39,980 nt of DNA from a virus (lineage: Duplodnaviria > Caudoviricetes). The stretch's first letter is position 1, and every line of letters starts with the position of its first letter. Position numbers and translations under genes: made by a program. The DNA lies in IMG/VR virus record IMGVR_UViG_3300011443_000031, positions 1 through 39,980 of that record, one strand, 5' to 3'. The notes below the pieces were generated by a model. That model worked only from the letters and a program-made list of their open reading frames with translations. It was not told the DNA's origin and did not search any database. Below are positions 16,380 through 25,376 of the stretch, one piece after another.

Positions 16380-16528
16380 CGCTCGTCGAAGGCCTTGAGA
16401 ATAACCGAAGGACGGTTGTCATTCCCATGCTTGTTGCCTTTTGCGATGGCCTCGATGTGGGAGCTGGTGCTCTCCGAATAGCCACAAGTGCAAACTACGC
16501 CGATCGACGTGAGCTTGATCGTGTGCAT
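16376..16528 (-). CDS. 50-aa H..CTCG..H protein (not in ORF track)
   Basis: MHTIKLTSIGVVCTCGYSE...KHG; GAAAGGA SD. Confidence 0.7.
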   Translation of the reverse strand: MHTIKLTSIGVVCTCGYSESTSSHIEAIAKGNKHGNDNRPSVILKAFDER

Positions 16529-16548
16529 GAATATGTCCTTTCGTTGGG

Positions 16549-16770
16549 TCAGTCCGGGGCAGGCGCCTCAGACGGTGCTTCGAGCGGGGCGAAGATGTCG
16601 ATCACTGCTTGAGCGACTTCTCCTCTTCCGGCATAGATCTTGAGATTCTCCTGTTCGTTGAAGAACTCCTTGACCTGACCGACGAGAACAGGAAAGTTCT
16701 CCTGCTCATCCATGATGAAAACCACAACGCCCTTGCCGAGGGGTTGCGGAAGCTCTTCCATCTCGCTCAC
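16549..16770 (-). CDS. Hypothetical protein
   Basis: GTGA-coupled start. Confidence 0.65.
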   Translation of the reverse strand: MSEMEELPQPLGKGVVVFIMDEQENFPVLVGQVKEFFNEQENLKIYAGRGEVAQAVIDIFAPLEAPSEAPAPD

Positions 16771-17228
16771 GAAGCAACTGGCTTCGGTGCGTACTTGCGC
16801 TCGAGTTCGTCTTCCTCGATCGTGACGTAGAGCGACTTGAGATATGCCTTGATCCCGGACTTGTCTCCGAACGTCCAAGCCGAAGCGTTGATGATCAGAT
16901 CCGCCTTGGTGATGTCGGCCCAGTCAAGGGTTCCGACACTGTCCTCGTCCAGATTCGTCCGAGCACTCGAGGTGATCATGACGATCTTCGGTGGACGGAT
17001 CTTGTAGCTCACAGCGACGCTGATATATGGACGAGGGTCATCGCCCTCTTCCCGAGGCTCTGGAATCTTGACGTTCCAACCGTCTTCCAGCATCTGATGG
17101 GCAACCTCTTCCGTCAGCACCACCGAGAACTCTCGGTTTCCTTCTCGGTTGAAAGGACCTTCCTTCCCCGAGAAGTTCTTGAAGATGAGTTGCGCATCTT
17201 CGATTGTGACTGTCAGTCTTTCAGCCAT
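16767..17228 (-). CDS. Phage single-stranded DNA-binding protein
   Basis: IEDAQLIFKNFSG...KAYLKSLYVTIEEDEL; OB-fold SSB type found next to the polymerase in this phage group. Confidence 0.8.
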   Translation of the reverse strand: MAERLTVTIEDAQLIFKNFSGKEGPFNREGNREFSVVLTEEVAHQMLEDGWNVKIPEPREEGDDPRPYISVAVSYKIRPPKIVMITSSARTNLDEDSVGTLDWADITKADLIINASAWTFGDKSGIKAYLKSLYVTIEEDELERKYAPKPVAS

Positions 17229-17493
17229 TTTTGTTCCTACTCCTTGTGATTGACTCGATGGCGTGCCAGAGGAGTTCGAATTCTTCTGTCATCGCTGAGT
17301 TTCGGATCTTGAGGGATAGCGGAACTTGATTCACTGCTGTGTGAATGAAGTCGACGACGCTCCCGTAATATGTTTCACCAGAGATCATTGTGAACTTCCA
17401 ATAGATCTCCTGATTGCCGAGGTTTCTCAGAAAACTGAAATCCTCTGCAGGCGGCTCTGTTGCTGCCGGCGCAACCTTCTTTCTTGCTGCCAT
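17221..17493 (-). CDS. Putative Sm/Hfq-like protein
   Basis: FTMISGETYYGSVVDF (Sm1-like) and LLWHAIESI (like Hfq MVYKHAISTV). Confidence 0.45.
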   Translation of the reverse strand: MAARKKVAPAATEPPAEDFSFLRNLGNQEIYWKFTMISGETYYGSVVDFIHTAVNQVPLSLKIRNSAMTEEFELLWHAIESITRSRNKNG

Positions 17494-17624
17494 CAGCGCC
17501 CGGCCAATGACTTCGCTGCTCCGTTGATCAGTGCAAACGTGAGCAGTCCGAGGAAGAACCCCAAGCGACGCTCACGACGGAGCATGCAGAGGATCTCGAG
17601 CTGTGCGGATGTGACGTTGTCCAT
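17493..17624 (-). CDS. 43-aa hydrophobic protein (not in ORF track)
   Basis: MDNVTSAQLEILCMLRRERRLGFFLGLLTFALINGAAKSLAGR; GAAAGGA SD. Confidence 0.65.
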   Translation of the reverse strand: MDNVTSAQLEILCMLRRERRLGFFLGLLTFALINGAAKSLAGR

Positions 17625-17649
17625 GGTTTCCTTTCCAGGGAAAATTGAA

Positions 17650-17703
17650 ATGAGAAGACCCGAGCGCAGTATTGTCTTTTGCTGCTTTCTCAGATCTTCT
17701 CAT
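17650..17703 (-). ncRNA. 54-nt hairpin element S1 directly behind promoter motif P6
   Basis: ATGAGAAGATCTGAG...CTCGGGTCTTCTCAT (G-U pairs on the minus strand) followed by a U-rich tract. Confidence 0.5.
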
Positions 17704-17726
17704 ACTAAGCGTTGTTTTTTCTGCGA
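17702..17726 (-). promoter_or_regulatory. Phage promoter-like motif P6
   Basis: TCGCA-GAAAAAACAACGCT-TAGTAT-GAG. Confidence 0.7.
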
Positions 17727-17728
17727 GG

Positions 17729-17905
17729 TTACGAATATGAGTCCCACGCATGACGCACGATGACGACCGAATCTGGTTCGGCACCATGCGCCTCTGCGTG
17801 TCGCTGAATTCGTTCCTGCGGATGCTTGTCTCGATCGAGGTTGACCTTGAAGTTCCCACAACTGCAGGATGCAACAAGGTCTCCGATGGTGAGAATATAC
17901 TCCAT
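17729..17905 (-). CDS. 58-aa CSCG..H protein
   Basis: TGATG-coupled start MEYILTIG; VASCSCG...RHAEAH. Confidence 0.65.
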   Translation of the reverse strand: MEYILTIGDLVASCSCGNFKVNLDRDKHPQERIQRHAEAHGAEPDSVVIVRHAWDSYS

Positions 17906-18039
17906 CAGTCCCAGATCCAGACCATGAAGCGCCACCAGACATTGAGCACCACGAGCAGGATCATGATGAGAATAACCCATCCGGCGACCTCTGCTGGATT
18001 GAGCCGTGGTTCCTTTGGTGGTTTGCGATTTGGTTGCAC
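17905..18039 (-). CDS. 44-aa single-TM protein (not in ORF track)
   Basis: AGGAGG SD with GTG start; GWVILIMILLVVLNVWW. Confidence 0.7.
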   Translation of the reverse strand: MQPNRKPPKEPRLNPAEVAGWVILIMILLVVLNVWWRFMVWIWD

Positions 18040-18046
18040 GTTCCTC

Positions 18047-21000
18047 CTAACTCACGAATTGCTCAAATGGACCGTAGAAGTCGATTGCCTCAAACGCTTC
18101 TTGCTTCAGGCGATCGAAGTAGTCCATGTCGATGTCGAGATCCTTACCTCGGGCTCGAGCCATCTCTCGCTCGATCCACAAATATCCTTTTGTGCCTGTG
18201 ACAGCATAGTGCTTGTCGTCCTTGATCCTCCACAGTACGCCACCGTTCTTGACAGGAACGAAGCTTCCCGTTCTACCAACATGAACGAGTTCGGACTTGA
18301 CTGGTGGATCGATCGAAATATCGGTGAAGTTGAGGTACATTACCCCCTGAGTGACACTTTTCGTCTCGCAGAAGTCATCAAATTCGAGCTGTTCACCAGT
18401 GAACAAAGTCTTGAACACGTAAGGATGCTGGAATTGGGCGCCTACGGCGGTCCATTTGTCTCCAGTCCTAGCAATATAGACGGCATCGTTCACCAGACAG
18501 AACTTGTCGTAGGTCACTTCGTGTTCGAAGTCGTATCCGTATTGCTTGCCGAACTCTTTGACGAACTCGATGATCTCTGGTGTTGCGTTCGGGATCTTGA
18601 TCGAGTCGGTCTTAATATGCGCAACAACAAAGCCCTTCTTCTGAACCTCTCGCTTGAGGTCGATCATGAAGAGCGCACCACGCTTGGCGACAATGTTGTC
18701 TACGTTTCGGTTGTCCTTGAAGGCGTTGGGGAATCTGGCGCTGGTGAGTCCGTAGACGATGTTAATGACAATCTTGAGAGCATAGGCAAGCTCAGCAGAA
18801 GCGGAATCGTCTGCCAAATATGGGGATAGCTTACCCCCAAGGAGGCTTCTGGCCTTGTCGTATTGCTTATGCTTAATCGCCATTCGAGCTTCCTTGAGCG
18901 CAGCAAAGTTCTTCGTATACGGTCCGAATAGTCCAAGGACTTCAATTGTGGTCGGATGCATACTCGCCACGTCCAGAACGGCAACGTTTTCCCAGATTCC
19001 TGGTTCTGCGTAGACGTACCCTCCTTCTCCAACGACCTCTCCCTTGTAGGTGCTCTTCTCGGTTGGGTGACTTGCGTCGAACTTGTAGCCCTTGAACTCC
19101 TTGCTGAGATCGGTGTAGACGAAGCTCTTCTGAGGATACTTGTCGTCACCAAATATGATCTTAGCGGTGTGTTGTTGGGTAGTGTGATTGACGGACAAAC
19201 CAGAAAGATCTGCCAGAATTTCCCTTGCGGTAAAATCTTCCTTCCGGGCAAGGAACGTCGCTTCGGTTCCCATCACGTCGTTGGCGCAATAATCGACGAT
19301 CTGCTGCCACTTCTCTTCCGGAGCCGGTTGGTCCCATGGAAGATCCAATTCGAGGTGGTGGACACCGAGTTCGATTTCGAACTTCTTCAACGACTGCTTC
19401 TTTGAGCTGAAGTCGTAAATATCGGCGTATGAAAGGTTGTACGCCTCCGAGAAGAGTGCACTGTCGTAGCCGTCGATGATCTTCTGACTCAGACGATACA
19501 GATCCTCAAGTGGGTACCCAAGGAACCGTGCCCACAGAATATGGTTGTCGTACCGACGGTTGTTGAACCCCACGAGCTTCATGGCGAACAACTTCTCCAT
19601 CTCCTGTGGTTCTGGATTGATCATCCGTACGACATCACCTTCACCAAGGTACTTCCAACACACGACGAAGAGGTTTGGGAACACCTCAACGTCAAATATC
19701 GCAATCGGTTGATCAGCCTTGTCGTCTGATGTCGGAATGGCGTTCTCACTGACGAACTGCATCTTCATCACAGTCTTGATACACGCCATTGACTGGTTGT
19801 GACTACGTGCCGCAAACCCGAGAATCGTCGGACGCAAGTCTCTCACGTCGTATGCCATCCCAGATTTGTACGCATCCTCGAGAATCTTCCAGATGAAGTC
19901 GATTGACGGCTTCGTCCCTGGATGAATCTCCTTGCGGAGGTTGCGTGCGATCAGATCACGGAGACCCTTCTCACTCTGAATTGTCTTGTTGTCGAGCATG
20001 GGCTTGGCTTCCTTTAGTGGAAGACCGCTACTGATCGTAGTGATCTCGAGGTTGTTACATTTGGTGAGCTTCCTCCGAAGAGCACTATCACCAAGAAGCG
20101 TCTTAACCTCAATACCTACGTCGAAGATCTGAGCGAGAGCATGAACGTCCCCGCTGTAAATATAGTGAAGATGAAGACCTGCGCCACTCTTACTGAGTTC
20201 GGCGTACGTGGGTGGGAAATCCGAGGCGGCTTCCAGATTTGCTTCGAGACTCTTGTCTCCGTTCTCATCGACGAGATCGAAATCGATCACGATGTGGTTG
20301 GTTGGGACTCTTACCCAGTGCAGTTCTGAAGTGTCTAACTCGGACAAGGTGGTATGTACTCGCTCCCACTTGTAGCCGGGTTGTCCACTGGGCTTTGCCA
20401 ACTGCGCTGGCTGATCTGGGTAGAACGTGTCGAAATATGACGGCTGCTCCTTCAGGTCCAATGGCGAGTCTTCTGGCTTAAAGGGGTTTGGCGGCGTCAA
20501 CTTGAATCCTGAATAGTAGGAACGCACGACATCTCCCTTCACCTCTGCTCTGGCATCGAAATGTTCGAAGTAGTTTCGCAATTCTTCACGGAATTTGTAC
20601 TGAGGCAGAAACTTATCGATTCCGGTATCAGAACAATACTCCTTGTACAGTTCGTATGCTTGCTTCAATGTTACGCCGTTTTGCTTCTTGAATATGTCGT
20701 AACAGGCTTCGACGTAGTTGTAGAACACGTCGGTGTGAAGCATCATCTCAATCGGGCGATACGAACTGTAGAAGTTCTTTCCCATCTCCAAATATCGCTG
20801 AAGGCAATGGTATGCAATTGCCCCAAGCTCGAACTCGATCTGGCTCATCAACCGGTGATAGTGAGCTGTGTCCACCAGCATTCCTGTCGGATGGACGTCA
20901 ATCAGACGACGAATGATTCCAGACTTTGCGTCCGAGATCCTCACAGGCTGGTTAGTGCCCATAAAGAGAAATGCGTTGACCCTCGCTGAGTACGTGGGCT

Positions 21001-21778
21001 TATACTTCTCATTCATCGTCATCATCTCGTGTGAGATGATCGAGTTCAGTTTGGTGTTGTCATCAATCTTCGACAAGTCACCATCATGCTGAATGGCGAC
21101 CAACGGATTGGTCTTGAATATCTCTGTGGCAAAGGCGTTGTTGCTGCTGCCCAACGCTTTCGCATCGAAGGTTGCTACGTATCCGTCGAAGAGCTGGGCG
21201 ATGATGTTGAGAACTGTAGATTTACCGCTACCGGCAGGACCGTAGAAGACCAGGAACTTCTGGATTCGCTTTGCGTCTCCTGCAACAACAGCTCCAATGG
21301 CCCATTCGATCTTTGTCCGTTCCTCGTCTGAATACAGAACACCCAGAAGTTCATTCCAAGCGTCACAGTTTCCTTCTTCGAGGGAATATGGGAGTCGTCT
21401 GCTTGCGTAGTCACTCTTCTTCACCTCCGTATCGGCGAACACCAACTTCTCGTCGAGAGGATGGCTGTTGTCACTGATGTTGCGCATGTACTTCCGGAAT
21501 GTACTCCAAATCTGTGTGTCGAATGACTTCAAATCCAGAACTCGATAGGACATACCGGTTCGTTCACGTTCTTCCTTGGCGTGACGCTTCAGATCCTGAT
21601 CGACCAAACGTTGCACGTCGTACTCATCTGTAGACCAGAGGCCCTTTTCTTCGTCCCATACCGCATAGAACGATTGTCCTCGGACCATCAGATCCTTGGA
21701 TCTACCTACAGTCCAATCAGGATATAGCACCGGAGGGGCGCCCTTCTTCTCCTTGATACTGACTTGATAGAAATCCAT
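18047..21778 (-). CDS. SF3 helicase / primase-like / family B DNA polymerase fusion
   Basis: GPAGSGKST; IVIDFD..SKSGAGLHLHY; exonuclease DVE, GFN..YD, YC.ND; polymerase DVASMHP, K..IN..YG, KTDS. Confidence 0.9.
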   Translation of the reverse strand: MDFYQVSIKEKKGAPPVLYPDWTVGRSKDLMVRGQSFYAVWDEEKGLWSTDEYDVQRLVDQDLKRHAKEERERTGMSYRVLDLKSFDTQIWSTFRKYMRNISDNSHPLDEKLVFADTEVKKSDYASRRLPYSLEEGNCDAWNELLGVLYSDEERTKIEWAIGAVVAGDAKRIQKFLVFYGPAGSGKSTVLNIIAQLFDGYVATFDAKALGSSNNAFATEIFKTNPLVAIQHDGDLSKIDDNTKLNSIISHEMMTMNEKYKPTYSARVNAFLFMGTNQPVRISDAKSGIIRRLIDVHPTGMLVDTAHYHRLMSQIEFELGAIAYHCLQRYLEMGKNFYSSYRPIEMMLHTDVFYNYVEACYDIFKKQNGVTLKQAYELYKEYCSDTGIDKFLPQYKFREELRNYFEHFDARAEVKGDVVRSYYSGFKLTPPNPFKPEDSPLDLKEQPSYFDTFYPDQPAQLAKPSGQPGYKWERVHTTLSELDTSELHWVRVPTNHIVIDFDLVDENGDKSLEANLEAASDFPPTYAELSKSGAGLHLHYIYSGDVHALAQIFDVGIEVKTLLGDSALRRKLTKCNNLEITTISSGLPLKEAKPMLDNKTIQSEKGLRDLIARNLRKEIHPGTKPSIDFIWKILEDAYKSGMAYDVRDLRPTILGFAARSHNQSMACIKTVMKMQFVSENAIPTSDDKADQPIAIFDVEVFPNLFVVCWKYLGEGDVVRMINPEPQEMEKLFAMKLVGFNNRRYDNHILWARFLGYPLEDLYRLSQKIIDGYDSALFSEAYNLSYADIYDFSSKKQSLKKFEIELGVHHLELDLPWDQPAPEEKWQQIVDYCANDVMGTEATFLARKEDFTAREILADLSGLSVNHTTQQHTAKIIFGDDKYPQKSFVYTDLSKEFKGYKFDASHPTEKSTYKGEVVGEGGYVYAEPGIWENVAVLDVASMHPTTIEVLGLFGPYTKNFAALKEARMAIKHKQYDKARSLLGGKLSPYLADDSASAELAYALKIVINIVYGLTSARFPNAFKDNRNVDNIVAKRGALFMIDLKREVQKKGFVVAHIKTDSIKIPNATPEIIEFVKEFGKQYGYDFEHEVTYDKFCLVNDAVYIARTGDKWTAVGAQFQHPYVFKTLFTGEQLEFDDFCETKSVTQGVMYLNFTDISIDPPVKSELVHVGRTGSFVPVKNGGVLWRIKDDKHYAVTGTKGYLWIEREMARARGKDLDIDMDYFDRLKQEAFEAIDFYGPFEQFVS

Positions 21779-21788
21779 GAGCCCCCTT

Positions 21789-22316
21789 TCAGAGTTCTTG
21801 GTCGATTAGGTACTCGCAGAATTGGTACCAGATCTCGACTTGACGTTGGTCGTGTTTGGGATGCCTGAGTGGGAACAAGCCGCCTTCTCCGTTTGGTGCG
21901 TACGTTCTCCAGATGAACCTGTCTACGATGTCACATACGTATTGACTGAACCCCCGTTTGGCGTCTGTTAGCTCTCTAAGTCCTAGATTCTCGATGAATA
22001 TCCAGAACCATTGTCGAGCACTTGTCTCTGTAGCAAACTCTGTGCGTCTGGAAAATGCAATCAGCATCTCTAGCACAGAGCAAGGCATGTACATCCATCT
22101 TTCATCGTGCCCGATGCTCGGATGTCTGATGAACTCTCTGCGGACGTCCAACCCATCTTGAGCACGGTTGTCATCACCAATGACCGACCACACGAACTCA
22201 ATCGAGTGTAGATCACGAAGCAACTTGAAATATGTCAAAGATGGGGTTGGTACGTCAACAGCAGCAACCTTGTGACAGAGCCAGTTGAAATACTTCTCTT
22301 CAATTGGCTCATCCAC
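21789..22316 (-). CDS. Conserved hypothetical protein
   Basis: Start MDEPIEEKYFNWL; DDNRAQDG, CSVLEML, GGLFPL and VEIWYQ motifs. Confidence 0.8.
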   Translation of the reverse strand: MDEPIEEKYFNWLCHKVAAVDVPTPSLTYFKLLRDLHSIEFVWSVIGDDNRAQDGLDVRREFIRHPSIGHDERWMYMPCSVLEMLIAFSRRTEFATETSARQWFWIFIENLGLRELTDAKRGFSQYVCDIVDRFIWRTYAPNGEGGLFPLRHPKHDQRQVEIWYQFCEYLIDQEL

Positions 22317-22318
22317 GA

Positions 22319-23035
22319 CTATCTGTCCTTGAACTTCAGAACAGAATGCCCCAGATGGGTATCCTTCGGTTCGAGATGATTGCCGGCGATCTCGATCGAG
22401 TAGTGCCCTGTATGACGGAGCACTTCCCATTCGCACTTCATCTTCTCGTTCCGAATATAGACGACGTTCGGATCCTTCGAACCGTGGCCAAAGCGCATAT
22501 CACCCAACAACCCAGCATGGTTGTAGATGATCTGATCGGTCTCGTCTGCAAGGATGTCATCGCCCTCGTAGTACGTCAGCGTCGACTGATGGAAGTCCTT
22601 CTCATCGTTGAAGAACTCCTCGCAGTGGAGAATATACGGTTCCTGCCCCAACAGCTTCTGCAGGCGACCCGCACTTTCTTCATCCCAATCCCAATCGCCA
22701 TCCTCATTCCTGAAGATGTTGATCACAGGGGCGTCTTCCTGCTCGACGACCTCGGTCACGGTAATGATCTCCGCTTCATCGGGAATATCCTCATTCCGGG
22801 TGTCGTACCCTTCCCGTTCGATGATTCTGACGTACTCCTGTGGCTGGTGGAAAGGAATCAACAGTTGGTTGTCATCCTTGACCTCCTCGAGGAAATCACG
22901 AACCTCCGAAACTGTCTTCTTCTCGGTGCGACGAACCCCAAGGAAATATCCTGCGACAGCTCCACCGATCAAAGTTCCGGTAGAGATTGCTGCAGTCTGA
23001 ACCCAGTGGTTCCTGACAATGGTTGGGATGTTCAT
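22319..23035 (-). CDS. Conserved acidic protein with N-terminal TM
   Basis: AGGAGG SD; LTYYEGDDILAD and VVYIRNE motifs. Confidence 0.8.
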   Translation of the reverse strand: MNIPTIVRNHWVQTAAISTGTLIGGAVAGYFLGVRRTEKKTVSEVRDFLEEVKDDNQLLIPFHQPQEYVRIIEREGYDTRNEDIPDEAEIITVTEVVEQEDAPVINIFRNEDGDWDWDEESAGRLQKLLGQEPYILHCEEFFNDEKDFHQSTLTYYEGDDILADETDQIIYNHAGLLGDMRFGHGSKDPNVVYIRNEKMKCEWEVLRHTGHYSIEIAGNHLEPKDTHLGHSVLKFKDR

Positions 23036-23042
23036 GATCCTC

Positions 23043-23930
23043 CTAGATCTTGTCCCAGACGGTTCCGTCGACGTTGAAGTCGAGCAGAATTGCCTTCTCG
23101 TAGCCCTTCACGTTCCCATGTCGGACGAAGTTGTAGATGCCGAAGTCGACATACTGATCACCAGAGCCATTCTTGACCCACCCAACGACTTGCGCTGGAC
23201 GTGAACGCTCCAAACCGAGCATGTCATACACCTCCTGAAGGAAGATATGGCCTCTGGTCTGGAGCAGATGGTTGGCGTAGTTCTGCTGAACCTGAAGGAA
23301 GTTACGATTGGTCTCGACGTTCGGCTGCCAGTACATGTTGGTCTCATCGAACCAACGAGCATATGGCGACATTCCGTCTTGACCAGCGACCTGAGTGAGT
23401 TCGGTCTTACCATCCTCACCCTTGAGCTTCTCATTCGAGACCCCCAAATATAGGTCCTTCTCCTTCTCTTCGCCGATCTGATTGCGCACACGCTCTCGAT
23501 AGGAATCGAAGCTTGCCGACAACGCCGAATATGCTGCTGTGAGAGCAGCGTTCCGACGGCTCAGGATCATGTGCGACTTCGTCAACGCAACAAGTGATGC
23601 CACGCTGATGACGACTGAAGGCCCGTACAGCTTGACGATCCTGCCGGTTCCCTTCAAATATACGTACGCCAGATCCTTCCTGTGCTCCATGCCACCCTTC
23701 TGATGGACCACACCAACTTCAGTGCTGGTGTGAAGCTCGTTGACGGAATCGACGTCGTGCTTGAAGTCGTCCAACGTCGCCTCGAGCTTGAGGGTTGCTC
23801 GGCATGCCAGAACAGTTCCTGTCACGGAACCCGCAACGCCTGCCACGAAGAGCGTCCTCGGGGCGTGCTTCTTCATGAGAAGCATATTTCGTGCGACTCG
23901 TGTTGTCACTCCTATTGGTAGGAAACTCAT
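23043..23930 (-). CDS. DUF6353-like protein
   Basis: KKHAP..L..AG...T.VLACRAT; GHIFLQEVYD.LG; LDFNVDG. Confidence 0.8.
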   Translation of the reverse strand: MSFLPIGVTTRVARNMLLMKKHAPRTLFVAGVAGSVTGTVLACRATLKLEATLDDFKHDVDSVNELHTSTEVGVVHQKGGMEHRKDLAYVYLKGTGRIVKLYGPSVVISVASLVALTKSHMILSRRNAALTAAYSALSASFDSYRERVRNQIGEEKEKDLYLGVSNEKLKGEDGKTELTQVAGQDGMSPYARWFDETNMYWQPNVETNRNFLQVQQNYANHLLQTRGHIFLQEVYDMLGLERSRPAQVVGWVKNGSGDQYVDFGIYNFVRHGNVKGYEKAILLDFNVDGTVWDKI

Positions 23931-24148
23931 GTCTCTCCTTCTTGGATCGATGTGTCTTCAACCAAGTCTGTTTCATCAATATCGATCTCCATCTCAATTT
24001 CCAATTGGATCGATGATGGCGAAACTTGTTTTGCGTACTTGATTGTCTGTCCGGTCTTGGTGGGTTGTCCGATCATCTTTTCGGCTGTTCCTGGAGCGAA
24101 GACCGAGTTCTCTCCTGCCCAAATATAAACCGATGCTCGACCGATCAT
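23927..24148 (-). CDS. Hypothetical protein
   Basis: Translationally coupled at both ends. Confidence 0.65.
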   Translation of the reverse strand: MIGRASVYIWAGENSVFAPGTAEKMIGQPTKTGQTIKYAKQVSPSSIQLEIEMEIDIDETDLVEDTSIQEGET

Positions 24149-24783
24149 CAGATCTCTTCCACTGGTGGCAACTCGACGAGCCAGCCCTCACGGACCTGCT
24201 TGATCTGAGTGCTCTTGATCGACGTGGTCCAACCCCACTTGTTGTCGGTGTGGGCGCTTGCGTGACCGATCATCTCGTTGAGGTCCAGGACCGAAACTGC
24301 GCCGTACTTGTCGACGCATTCCATCAACCCCTGCACCATGGCCTCAGCTTCCTCACGACTGCTGAGAATCATGTCGCCGTGCACGTTTCGCTTGGACGAG
24401 TCAGGATATCGTGGCGGCTGCTGGGGCAACATGTACGATTCGTTTGGACGCTGAACTGGGCTGTTGTATCGGATCGTGGGACGTCCGTACTCCTGCTGGT
24501 AACGAGGCCGACGAGTTTCACCGTAGATCACTCGCTCACTGCCTCGTGCAATTGCGTCGAGGAGCATGTTCTTCATGGCCGGGATCAGGATGTCGCCGAA
24601 AATATAACGCCCTGCGCTCTTGACCTCACCTCCAAAGAACAACGTCCGGACCTTCTTGCCGAGCTTCGGCTTCCGGATCACGACTTCCGTCGTCACGATG
24701 CGCTCGATCTTCTTCTCGAGCTTCGGATCTGGAACGTTCTTGTCGCCGAGTGGATTTTGGCTATTGCTCGGGAAATCTGTCAT
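24148..24783 (-). CDS. Conserved hypothetical protein
   Basis: Start MTDFPSNS with GAAAGGA SD; YGAVSVLDL..TDNKWGW. Confidence 0.8.
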   Translation of the reverse strand: MTDFPSNSQNPLGDKNVPDPKLEKKIERIVTTEVVIRKPKLGKKVRTLFFGGEVKSAGRYIFGDILIPAMKNMLLDAIARGSERVIYGETRRPRYQQEYGRPTIRYNSPVQRPNESYMLPQQPPRYPDSSKRNVHGDMILSSREEAEAMVQGLMECVDKYGAVSVLDLNEMIGHASAHTDNKWGWTTSIKSTQIKQVREGWLVELPPVEEI

Positions 24784-24793
24784 TGGATTCCTT

Positions 24794-25288
24794 TCAGGAA
24801 TTCTGCGGTGGGGTATCGGTCGGGACAGCTGCTTCCGTCGGCTTTGCATCCGGAGCCGCAATGGCCGGAGTCGGTCGTGCGGATGGTGCAGGCTTGTCCT
24901 GATCCTGCTGGGTCTGCGCCTTGACGAAGCCTTCCGGCATGATGGCGTTGATGAACTTCGCGCCCTCTTCGGCGTTCTCGACCAACTCCATGAACAGAGT
25001 CTGGTAGGCAGCGGTGTTGGCGAAAGCCTTCCGCATCTCGTCACTCTTCTCGAATTCCTCACCGTCCGCAGACTTCTGTCCGTAGGCAGCCATGATGAAC
25101 TTGTCGAACTGCTCGAGAAGAGCCCCCTTGTTCTCACTGTGGATGATGTTCTCGAGAACATCACTGAGGGTTTCTGTCGGGCTGAATTGCATCTTCAGCA
25201 GCTCGGCCTTGGACAGATGGAAATAGAACTCCTTCTCGACTTCTTCGCCGGTGAAAGGATGCTGGTACTTGATCTTTCGCTTGTGCAT
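24794..25288 (-). CDS. Conserved protein, possibly tail-assembly-chaperone-like
   Basis: FYFHLSKAEL, AYGQKSADG and AYQTLFMEL motifs; AAAGGA SD. Confidence 0.7.
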   Translation of the reverse strand: MHKRKIKYQHPFTGEEVEKEFYFHLSKAELLKMQFSPTETLSDVLENIIHSENKGALLEQFDKFIMAAYGQKSADGEEFEKSDEMRKAFANTAAYQTLFMELVENAEEGAKFINAIMPEGFVKAQTQQDQDKPAPSARPTPAIAAPDAKPTEAAVPTDTPPQNS

Positions 25289-25317
25289 TGGTCTTCCTTT
25301 GTTGGTTGATGAAAGGC

Positions 25318-25367
25318 AAAAACCAAAGCCCTTGCGGCCCCTTGTGGGGGCTACAAGAGCTGTGGTT
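25318..25367 (-). terminator. Intrinsic terminator (ACAA loop)
   Basis: AACCACAGC..GCCCCC-ACAA-GGGGC..GCTTTGGTT followed by TTT. Confidence 0.65.
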
Positions 25368-25376
25368 GGTGGTCAC

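Noticed and set aside
17750-18829. 359-aa plus-strand ORF, and other plus-strand ORFs such as 24043-24924 and 22304-23077
   Set aside because: Antisense to well-supported minus-strand genes; explained by codon bias.
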